Assembly: GCF_001194135.2 (NCBI RefSeq)
Contig: NC_068983.1
Location: forward strand, 64,182,922-64,246,921
DNA: 64,000 bases
From: Octopus bimaculoides
Taxonomy: Eukaryota
Direction of reading: 5' to 3'
The notes under the pieces: model-generated
Told to the model about the DNA's origin: nothing
Seen by the model: the letters and a program-made list of their open reading frames with translations, nothing else
Database searches by the model: none
Shown here: positions 53,962 through 64,000 of the stretch, one piece after another
How positions within the stretch are numbered: position 1 is the stretch's first letter
Layout: every line of letters begins with the position of its first letter
Made by a program: the position numbers and the translations under genes

Positions 53962-55287
53962 GAGGGAGAGAGAGAGAGAGAAAGAGAGAGTGGGGAGAGA
54001 AACTGGCCAGTGTGTGAGTGATTGTGCGCAATTGCAAGTGTGTATCATAGCTGCTTAATATTTAGCCCACAGTAAGCCATCACACAATGAAGAGATAATT
54101 AAGAGAATGACTACATAAATTGTCTAATATACCCTTCATTATATTACCATATATGTTGCACTTTATGGGAGATTAGAAAGGCATTAAAAGATCTAGTGAC
54201 AAAGGCGAGCTTCTTCTGCTGGTTTTGATATCTTGATTTTTAGTGTCAGAATTGATACAAATAAGTTGGCCTTTTCCCACAGATTGAGTGACTGCGTAGG
54301 GACATTCATAAAGCTGGTAATTCAAATAAGTTAATTAGCAAAGGTTCATTCAACAAGTAAAACTATCAAAGTGTCACTCCTTTATGCTGCTAAATAGAAG
54401 ACATCTTCCAGTCTGATTATATTTCAGAACTAAAGATTTTTCGCGATATCTCTACCTTTGCTCTCTAACGTTTATTATAGGTTTATGATGTTTAGGAAAT
54501 TGGGTATCCGAGCATTCAAAGCTTATTGGAAAGTGTAGTCTGGGGAAAGAAAAAAAACAGCAAGCTATTGTTTATCCCCAGTCGGACTTATAAACAAAGA
54601 CACTGAAGCGATATCTCCATTATTTTCTTTTATTTTTACTGCTATGATGTATATAGAAGCACATTTATAGTTATAAATCTAAGTTTAGAACTTAGTAATG
54701 TCTAAAACAATTATTTGAACATTTCAATATGTTACATCTGTTTTGTAAAGTATAAAAGACTCAAAACGTGCACATTAAAAATAAATATCTTCATATGAGT
54801 CGCCAGAGCATATCATGCAAACCAATTGGCAATGAAACATATCGGGTTGTCCATCCAGCAGATTCCCGGAAAATGCCATTAAAACAATGCATAATACAGA
54901 ATTGTTCTCGGTTGTTTGCGACGAGAAAATTTCTGTAACTCAGTGATAAGAATAACACAGATACAATCCACTGAGAATATTCTCTTTTTTATGTTCACGT
55001 TTGGAAGACTTGGCCCGACTTGGGAAATAAGAGTGTAATGTACATAGTGGGATTGAAGAAAGTAGCTCTCTATTGAGGAGCGAACATATGAACCACTTCG
55101 CCGTACGCAGAACTTATATATATATACACACATACAAGTGTGGACATACACCCCAACACACAGTCCACATACAAGAATAGCAAAAGAACTCATAAATACC
55201 AACTATATAAACTGTAAAATAAAACAAAGCTCACAACTATACACAAATGTATGAAATATTTTTCTGTCTTTTAAATTTCTATTTGAA

Positions 55288-55326
<39 letters not shown>

Positions 55327-55448
55327 GGCATTATTACAGAAAATAATAACGCCACACAGTGGACTTCTCAAAATAACCACATTTAGTACCTAATGCGAGG
55401 AAAAAAACAACCAACAGAAGACGACCAACTTTCTTTTAAATAAACTTA

Positions 55449-55510
55449 ACTGTGTATCGGCCGATTTCGCGATTACTAGAATGAATCTAGATTTCGTTCA
55501 TCAGCACAGT
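55449..55510 (-). ncRNA. Type I hammerhead ribozyme fold with palindromic stem III
   Basis: Minus strand: ACTGTG-CTGATGA-ACGAAATCTAGATTCATTCTAGTAATCGC-GAAA-TCGGCCGA-TA-CACAGT. Perfect 6-bp stem I, full core, AUA triplet. Confidence 0.8.
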
Positions 55511-56559
55511 ATTGTCCCAAAAATATATATAAATAAACAGAATTCTAACCTCACCAAAAACGAACACACTACGNNNNNNNNNNNNNNNNNNNNNNNNNNN
55601 NNNNNNNNNNNNNNNNNNNNNNNNNNNNNNNNNNNNNNNNNNNNNNNNNNNNNNNNNNNNNNNNNNNNNNNNNNNNNNNNNNNNNNNNNNNNNNNNNNNN
55701 NNNNNNNNNNNNNNNNNNNNNNNNNNNNNNNNNNNNNNNNNNNNNNNNNNNNNNNNNNNNNNNNNNNNNNNNNNNNNNNNNNNNNNNNNNNNNNNNNNNN
55801 NNNNNNNNNNNNNNNNNNNNNNNNNNNNNNNNNNNNNNNNNNNNNNNNNNNNNNNNNNNNNNNNNNNNNNNNNNNNNNNNNNNNNNNNNNNNNNNNNNNN
55901 NNNNNNNNNNNNNNNNNNNNNNNNNNNNNNNNNNNNNNNNNNNNNNNNNNNNNNNNNNNNNNNNNNNNNNNNNNNNNNNNNNNNNNNNNNNNNNNNNNNN
56001 NNNNNNNNNNNNNNNNNNNNNNNNNNNNNNNNNNNNNNNNNNNNNNNNNNNNNNNNNNNNNNNNNNNNNNNNNNNNNNNNNNNNNNNNNNNNNNNNNNNN
56101 NNNNNNNNNNNNNNNNNNNNNNNNNNNNNNNNNNNNNNNNNNNNNNNNNNNNNNNNNNNNNNNNNNNNNNNNNNNNNNNNNNNNNNNNNNNNNNNNNNNN
56201 NNNNNNNNNNNNNNNNNNNNNNNNNNNNNNNNNNNNNNNNNNNNNNNNNNNNNNNNNNNNNNNNNNNNNNNNATATATATATATATAAGCTTCTGACAGT
56301 GCAGAAAGTTTAATAAAGCCTTTGTATTTCATGCACATAGGGCCACCTTCAGAAGAAAAGAAAGAAAACAGTCTAAGAAAAGTCCAGTTATGCGGGTTCC
56401 GTTAATCCATTTACAGTCCCTAGCATTGATGTAACTTCAGCGGTCGCTCTCCAAATTAGGTATAATTGACGTTCCACGGGTTAGTATAAACAAACACCCA
56501 CCTGATGCTATAAGCTACTCACCATTTGTAGTGTGACGGCGTTATATCAGTAGTAGTAG

Positions 56560-56870
56560 TAGTAGTAGTAGTAGTGGCACTCACCCATTAAGTGCTGTCA
56601 TCTGTTCGGGTTTTGGTGTATAACATCTAGGCTGGTGTTGTAGGCCATTCACCATCTGTTAGATGCTGCCATAGGAGCTACCGGCTCAACTCCCATCGAC
56701 TGTCAGTTTTCTGGTTAAAGTGTTGGATCAGCAAAGCCTCTTTTATAAATTGCTGATGTTAGCTTCAGTGGCTAGTATGGAGGTGTCTATCTCCCCAGTG
56801 GTGTTGTCATATCTGGTCTGGTGTTATCGTTAGGAGGACGCGTTGGTGGTGAAATTCTCCTTCATTCGGA
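56560..56870 (-). mobile_element. Penelope-like GIY-YIG endonuclease C-terminal relic
   Basis: DTSILATEAN..IKEALLIQHFN resembles .ILA.E.....R.IKEAL.I. It lies 5' of the 55449 hammerhead on the same strand, across a gap. Confidence 0.5.
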
Positions 56871-56879
56871 TAGGTGTGT

Positions 56880-56947
<68 letters not shown>

Positions 56948-57216
56948 NNNNNNNNNNNNNNNNNNNNNNNNNNNNNNNNNNNNNNNNNNNNNNNNNNNNN
57001 NNNNNNNNNNNNNNNNNNNNNNNNNNNNNNNNNNNNNNNNNNNNNNNNNNNNNNNNNNNNNNNNNNNNNNNNNNNNNNNNNNNNNNNNNNNNNNNNNNNN
57101 NNNNNNNNNNNNNNNNNNNNNNNNNNNNNNNNNNNNNNNNNNNNNNNNNNNNNNNNNNNNNNNNNNNNNNNNNNNNNNNNNNNNNNNNNNNNNNNNNNNN
57201 NNNNNNNNNNNNNNNN

Positions 57217-57288
<72 letters not shown>

Positions 57289-58086
57289 AATGTATACATA
57301 AATACAGACACGTTTGTATTGAACAATGATTTATTTATATTTCATTCCGTAGTTTAAAGTTCAGATCTACAAAGGAAGCCACTCAACTGATACGTTTAAA
57401 ATGAATTGGTAATTTAAAATTTTGTTTGATTGATGTATTTCCATGGCATTAATGCCATATAATTAGAAAACATTTCACTAAATACTTCAGTAAAATGTAG
57501 ATCTCGAACATGATAATTTAATATTTGGTTCTGGAAAAATATGTTTTATAGTTTTCATTTGTGCACCTATGTATAACATTTATGGAATAAATATTCTAAT
57601 GTACTTCCTGTGATAGACTTAATGAGTTCCATATTGCATGTGATCACATGTGATCATATGAAAATTTTAATTTGTCCAGAAAAAAAAAACATAATTGATG
57701 ATAATGTACATTTTGGTACTCGTTTTATTGAACCAATTAAGCATAAAATTCAACCGTTAGGCAGAACTCAAAACCTAATGGAAATATACTACATAGCATA
57801 ATATATTTAGCCAGACCAATTACGTTTCTACAAGCTTATTGAACTTGAAGTTATCGGAATGTCAATTTCTAAGAAGGCCATCAGATGTATGAAAAATAAA
57901 CGGATATAGTCGATTAAGTCGATTCGTGATAGGCATTGGTATTTATTTTATTCGTTACTTGGGAAGAAAAGACGAAATTCAACTACATCGTGTTTTGAAA
58001 TTGCTGTAAAATCTAACATAAAGCAACAATATTCTTTCGTTTCAGTACTCTTCAACATCCAAAATAATGTGATTGAACAAAATTAT

Positions 58087-58279
58087 CTTTTCTTCTATAG
58101 GCACAAGACCTGAAAATTTGGGTGAGGAGACCAGCCGATTACATCGGCCTTCGTGCGTAACTGGTACTTCATTCGTCGGCTCCGGTGGCATTTGAACTCA
58201 GAACGTGCAGACAGACGAAATAGACGAAGTACCGCTAAGTATTTCGCCCGGCGTGCTGACGATTCTACTAGCTCACCGC
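58087..58279 (-). mobile_element. tRNA-derived SINE (family A), with internal deletion
   Basis: Reverse complement gcggtgagctagtagaatcgtcagcacgccgggcgaaatacttagcggta..gttctgagttcaaatgcc..ttgtgcctatagaagaaaag. Confidence 0.88.
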
Positions 58280-58365
58280 GTTTTTGAATAAAATAATAAT
58301 ACGACAACATTTCCGGTTCTGAAGTAAAAAAAAAAAAGTTTTATTTTTTAATATGACAGTAATAC

Positions 58366-58578
58366 GGCGGCGTGCTGGTAGAATCGTTAACACGCTGGAC
58401 AAAATGCTTAGCAGCATTTCGTTTGTCTTTGCGTTCTAATTTCAAGTTCCACCAAGGCCGACTTTACCGTTCATCTTTCACAGTCGATAAATTAAGCACC
58501 ATTTGAACACTGGGGTCGATTTAATCGACTTGCCTAATCCTCCGAAATTACTGGCCCTGTGCCAAAATTTGAAACCAA
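58366..58578 (+). mobile_element. tRNA-derived SINE (family A)
   Basis: ggcggcgtgctggtagaatcgttaacacgctggacaaaatgcttagc..gtcgataaattaagcacca..ctggggtcgatttaatcgact..tgtgccaaaatttgaaacc. Confidence 0.88.
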
Positions 58579-58596
58579 TATAAGATAGTAATTTAA

Positions 58597-58808
58597 GGTG
58601 GTGAGCTAACAGAATCGTTACCGCGTCATGCAAATATGCTTAGCGGCATTTTGTCCGTCATTATGCTCTGAGTTCAAGTACCGTCGCGGCCGACATTTAC
58701 TTTCATACGTTCGGAGTAGATAAAATAATTGCCACTTCAGTACTGGAATCTTGTGATCAGCTTCCTCTTATCCAAATTTGCTGGCCTTGCGCCAAACTTT
58801 GAAACAGA
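58597..58808 (+). mobile_element. tRNA-derived SINE (family A), tandem to the previous copy
   Basis: ggtggtgagctaacagaatcgtta..atgcttagcggcattttgtccgtc..ctgagttcaa..ggccttgcgccaaactttgaaac. Confidence 0.85.
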
Positions 58809-61044
58809 TATAAAACAGTAATATTTTTTGAGAAAAGGCATAAATGGTGCATTTTCTCGCTTACGGTGTCATTAAAAATATTTGCCCATCAATTTCTTTT
58901 TTGCCCTTAAAAATGGAATGTTATACAAAATCGATTTTTAGACACTGAAACGTCATGTCTCTGGACAAAAATGAAACGTGGGAAGCTTGAAAGTATTTTG
59001 CAGTAGATGGTAGTAAATAAAAATATAATCAAAAATATCAAAATAAAACCCCATTTCAGCAAAAAGAAGATAAACATTTTTAAAAAGCTATTATTATAAT
59101 TACCTACACTACTTAGATTAATGATTCTCTTTTGTCTTTTAAAACATAAAATATTTAAGGAAGAAATAATTTTTGCCTAGATTTTATATCAATAGTAGAA
59201 CTTTCATTTTCCTTTGAAGTCTACTTGCAGACATTTGCTACAGTAATTTTATTTTGTTTCTTTTATTTCTTTTTCTTTTATTCAAATAACAACATACTCC
59301 ATTTGTCCTTTTGTAATTGCTGCCTTGATTAGCTTAAGTTATCCATTATACCAATTAGGTTTTACACAGATAAAGGAGAAGGAAAAAATACCATATAAAT
59401 ACCTATGAAGCTTAAAAACATTACATACACATTTACACATAGAAATGTGCGCATACACACAAGAAGATGCACAGTTGCATATGAACACCGAACACCGCAA
59501 GTGACATATGGTACTGATTAAAGCAATTAACGTTATATTAGCTGATCGCTGCTAATCAATAATATTTGATTAATAGGTTCACCATTATCAATTTTCCCGT
59601 CACTAATTTTGTCAAAGTATACGAAATTATCCTGCGGTTATAATTCTTTGTAGTTATTTCTTATTTCTGCTTCTGTGAGATCTAGACAGAGCTGCTCAAC
59701 CTCTTTTATACGATATGAACGATTAGCTATGTCATGCACTAAACACACTATTTTTAATTTCATGAATAATAGATCGCATTGGAAATTAGTGCAGTTTGTG
59801 TGAATGAGAAAGCAGATACCAACGGCTAAATGCATTACATTGTTTAGTTCTGGCTACTGCAATTTTCGGGGTGAAATGCTGTTGTAGCCGTTTTTACAGT
59901 TAAATTCATTACATTATTCGCCTTTTTTTGTTTTTTGCACTACAGAATTACCTTGGTTGAATGTAGCTAATGTCGTTATGGATATCGACCATACGAAGTA
60001 ATTCATAATAGCAAAACTGCTATTAATTTCGAAAATGTTTTACCTTGGGGTATATTTTTCGAGAGGGATAGGCTACAACAGTCACTCACTATTTTACATG
60101 TTGGCCAAATTACTCTCTGACCTACCGTGTGTTTATGATACGAATAATGATTTAATTGTTCTAGATAATAATAATTATATTCAGAAAAATAAATGTAACA
60201 GTTATTGTGTATATAGTTAATTCCCTGACCAGGTCATTATTGCAGACAAAAAACTTAATAAAGATATAAATAAGCACATTGATGGATATGCTATAAAGTT
60301 ATTCTTTTCGTAATCGCAAAAGAGTTTCAGCTACGATACCGCTGATCAGTGACATAGGCTACTGTATTTATAATATTGAATGGGTTGACCAACATTTCAG
60401 TGTGAAAAATTACCTTACGATAGCCCAGCGTAAATTTAAAGACAGAGATCTTTAAAGATTCAGACAAAATATAGTCCAGGACTTGTAAGCTATGTATTCA
60501 AACCCAGCTAAAGGTAATTATAAAATAAGTATCGTACCAGTACCGGTTCACCTGGTGTCGGATTTGGTCCTCCTGCTCGATACCTTGTTTTTTTATTATA
60601 GCTCAGAGTTAGTGAAGAAATTGTGCGTGAATCACAATGGGAAGTTGTGTGGAATCCATTTGATTATATATATGCCACACGCCCGTCACATGTACCTCAG
60701 CATTGACCAATTTATATGTTAACAATTACCATTCTGAACCACATTCCTACTTTAGAAACAAACAAATATTTTTGATAACGACGGGCAGAATTTGCATAAT
60801 TCGGGACACAGTTCCATATCCTACACCGGTCAGGTGTATTCGTATATTTTAAACTATTAATACGCCCTAATTAATTCTAATATATTGTCAGTGTGTATCC
60901 AATTTAATTTCTTCCAATCGTTCACTCATTTAGATTAAAAGATTAATTTATATGTACGTACATATGTATAATATAAAGGCGGTGCTCCGGCATAGTTGTA
61001 GTCAATTGACTGCAACAAATAAAAGAATACACATAGACACACAT

Positions 61045-61086
<42 letters not shown>

Positions 61087-61091
61087 GTAGG

Positions 61092-61290
61092 GGAAGGCGC
61101 ATGGCTAGTGGTCAGAGCATCGGGTTCGCAATTATGAGGTAGTGAGTTCGATTCCTGGACTGATCTCTGTGTTGTGTTCTTGAGAAAGACACTGTATTTC
61201 ACGTTGATCCAGTTCACTCAGGTGTCGAAATGAGTTGCAATGTTACTGGGGCCAAGTTGCATCGGCCTGTTCTTTGGATAACGATTGTGG
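61092..61290 (+). mobile_element. tRNA-derived SINE (further family), followed by a degenerate family-A piece to about 61460
   Basis: ggcgcatggctagtggtcag (A box), gagttcgattcc (B box), then gttgtgttcttgagaaagacact, a CORE-like motif. Confidence 0.8.
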
Positions 61291-61493
61291 CGTGGAGAGC
61301 TTTGCAGTATTTGTACCGGCTCTTTATGCTCTCAGTTAGTTACCACCGAGGTCAACTTTGTTTTTCATAATTTCATGTTGGAGAAAAATAATGTGCCTGT
61401 GAATGGGGATAATGAATTTGACTAGACCACCCCCTTAAATATGCCAAAATTTGAAAATATATTGTTATTATGATTATCATTGATATTTTTATA

Positions 61494-61587
61494 TTGGGTT
61501 GGTGCATAATTAACGACGCTTTGTTTAAAATTCTAAAACTGTTAGGAATTAAATTATAAATTGATCCTTAATTATGAACCAACCGAA
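61494..61587. mobile_element. 94-bp mariner-type MITE
   Basis: TIRs ttgggttggtgcataatta and taattatgaaccaaccgaa (17/19 complementary), similar to the Hsmar1/Made1-type end ttaggttggtgca. Confidence 0.7.
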
Positions 61588-62327
61588 CAATTTAAAAGCC
61601 CACTAAAAGTACTTGTGATAATATAATTGATTTTTGTTTTACCGTTTATGCCTAATTTTGAAAATCTCGATGCTGAGGAAATGAAATCTTCTGTCTTCTT
61701 TAGCACTGATATTTATTTCTCAATCCCCACTCAATCTAACGTTTATTATTTCTATCCTGTTCCTAACATGATATGTGTTTAACGTGTTTATCTGTGGAAG
61801 TCTCGAGATTCACCCTATAATTCCGCCTAATAAAGTGATTTATTATTAACTATATTAATGTATCTTGTTTTTGTAAGACATAAACATCAAATTTTATATT
61901 ATTTTATTTAGATGCATGTCATTCCATGGAAATACGGCATTCTGCTTCCTACCAATTCAATGATGACAAATCATTGTAAACCGTTTGACGTTTAAACAGT
62001 TTTTTGAATTTCAGGATCAAAAACATAAGGCAAATAATACTAGACCAAATCTTTCCTTATGGTGACCAACACGATATTTTCATGAGAATCACATTTAGCA
62101 AAAATGTTCTTACTTGTGTAACATTGGCAGCTGTTTTACGCCTACTGCTGTATCGTCTAAGGAAAGTTGGAATCTGTGCCAGCAAAGCATTCAACAATAA
62201 GCGGAATGAGAACTTCTTGACAAACTATGCATCACTGCCTGGGGCAGAAGTCACTAGTAGAAACAAGCCGTTAGAAGTCAGCTAAATACTATATCACATC
62301 TTGTATACTTTAGGTGGCAGAAACTTT

Positions 62328-62466
62328 ATGTATGTATGCATGTATGTATATAGGCATGCATGTATGTATGTATGTATGTATGTATGTATGTATGTATGTA
62401 TGTATGTATGTATGTATGCATGTATGTATGTATGCATGTATGTATGTATGTATGTGTGTATGTGTG
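62328..62466. repeat. (TATG)n microsatellite
   Basis: Direct reading. Confidence 0.95.
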
Positions 62467-62502
62467 TACGCATGACAGTTAACTATAAAAATATTAAAAA
62501 TC

Positions 62503-62990
62503 ATGCATATGCGAAGTTTTGGAACTTTTCAAGGAACACATTTATTAATTTCAAAGAAGTACAAAATTCGGATCCCCTTGTAGAATCCTCTTACTCTCAT
62601 GCGCTTGTAGCGCACTAGCTACTTCATGAAAGCCCCACTTAAGTTGGATATATTCAGGATCGTTGTCATAGCCTCCTGCATCTTAACCATCAGCTTGAGG
62701 AACAGCCAAGTCTCAGAGAGCAAGGTCTGGACTGTAGAGAGGGAGAAAAAGAGTGTTGATGCTCGTCTCTGTCACGTAATTCGTAACTAGGATGGAATTG
62801 GAGACCGGTGGATTGTTCTGGAGCAGGTGCTCTGACGTTTTATGTCGAAATCACTTCTTGGATCCCTGAAAACATGTACAGAATACATTTGCTGACGAAA
62901 ATGCGATCATCCTGCGCTTCTCGGGGACTTATTTTGCCTGTCTTAGCTGGCGAAAAGCAAATGCTCAGCTTGCCCAAGTTAATCCTACCT
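62503..62990 (-). mobile_element. Mariner transposase 3' relic
   Basis: LQNNPPVSNSILVTNYVTETSINTLFLPLYSPDLAL*D..WLFLKL resembles QDNAPVHNSILVT..YSPDLAPCDFWLFPKL. TIR-like end aaaagttccaaaacttcgcatatgca. Confidence 0.8.
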
Positions 62991-64000
62991 TCATCAGTCT
63001 ATAGTAATGCATAGTTTTGTGTAGCATTTTTGCTTAGGTTTACACAAACAGTTGCAAAGCAAGCATTCTAATTGTCTTCACGTCCCGACTGCACTATTCA
63101 AACTAGACAGCGGTTACAAGTAGTGTTTAGTAAGGTGTGTTCAAATGTCATTGCAGCTGTCTCCTTCAATCAAGAGCTTATTTCATGCATTGCAATGATA
63201 TCCTACAATTATATTAATCTGCAACAGTTATAATTGCCTCACCTAAAAAAAGTTTAAAATCTTCTGGACTGACCTCGTATCTTATGATCGCTAATGAAAC
63301 ACATGTATTACTAAATATGTATCTCGACTTCTTGCATATTTTGCCGATAGTTAAAAAGATATTCCAGTACTGCTCATTTGCTGCCTCGTCAATCCCTAGG
63401 CTAAAAGCCCTATATTAAATTCATCTGCACACGTGAACAAATGTCGAAATTTAAATTATATCCAGTTACGCTTCGCAACACGGTGTGAGAAGATAATTTA
63501 TTAAACGTTCTAATATTTGTGTTTTTGTTTTGTAATTTTCTCATTCTTGTGAAAAAGAACGCTAGTTCTGCCGAAGCATTAAGCTGTTATGTATTTCATC
63601 AAACTTCTGTCCTTTACCTCGTTAACTGATGTGACTATTACCTCACTTTTCCCCTCATTAATAAATTATAAATTTGTTGTACTTTGACTTCCAAGTAGTA
63701 GAGAATTCTTCCCACACTACTCATATTTCTGGCATACAAGTGCATGAATCTTTCGCAATTGAAAGATCATTCACAGATAACTGAAAATATATTAAAGTCA
63801 TAGCAGCTGTGATGTTCAAGGAAAAGCACTTTAATGAAAAAATATTTTTTAAAGACACGTTTCAGCAGCAATCATAATTTTGAAGTATCACAATTCTGTT
63901 TAATGCACTGGCTAACATAGCAAACAATGAAGAAAAATACTTCAGGAAAAAAGAACACGGACTTATTTTTTTATGGAAAGTGCAAACGCGTATTTATCTC

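Noticed and set aside
1149-63014. Most ORFs in the supplied track (CV/HT/YI/LS/ER-rich and X-rich)
   Set aside because: They are translations of microsatellites or N-gaps, or short chance ORFs with no recognisable domain.

Overview
AT-rich, microsatellite-dense animal genomic DNA with nine N-gaps. The tRNA-derived SINE families and repeat landscape suggest an octopus (Octopus bimaculoides-like) assembly; this is an inference from recalled repeat consensus, not a database hit. I cannot confidently assign any host protein-coding gene. Almost all ORFs in the supplied track are microsatellite or gap artefacts, or transposon fragments. The window is intronic or intergenic and is filled with transposon relics: Dong/R4 LINEs, a CR1/L2-type RT, Penelope-like pieces, a Merlin (IS1595-like) transposase relic, three mariners, a DD37D/maT element, MITEs/foldbacks and many SINEs. 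The most notable observations are: (1) two near-canonical type I hammerhead ribozyme folds on the minus strand (35164-35247 and 55449-55510), in Penelope-like context; (2) a mariner built from two inverted 5' ends that appears to have inserted as one unit into the catalytic motif of a maT transposase; (3) several long foldback hairpins and an inverted SINE cluster that could form dsRNA; (4) weak signs of a plus-strand spliced transcript (CpG-rich putative promoter near 30 kb, a non-coding exon and a microexon candidate).
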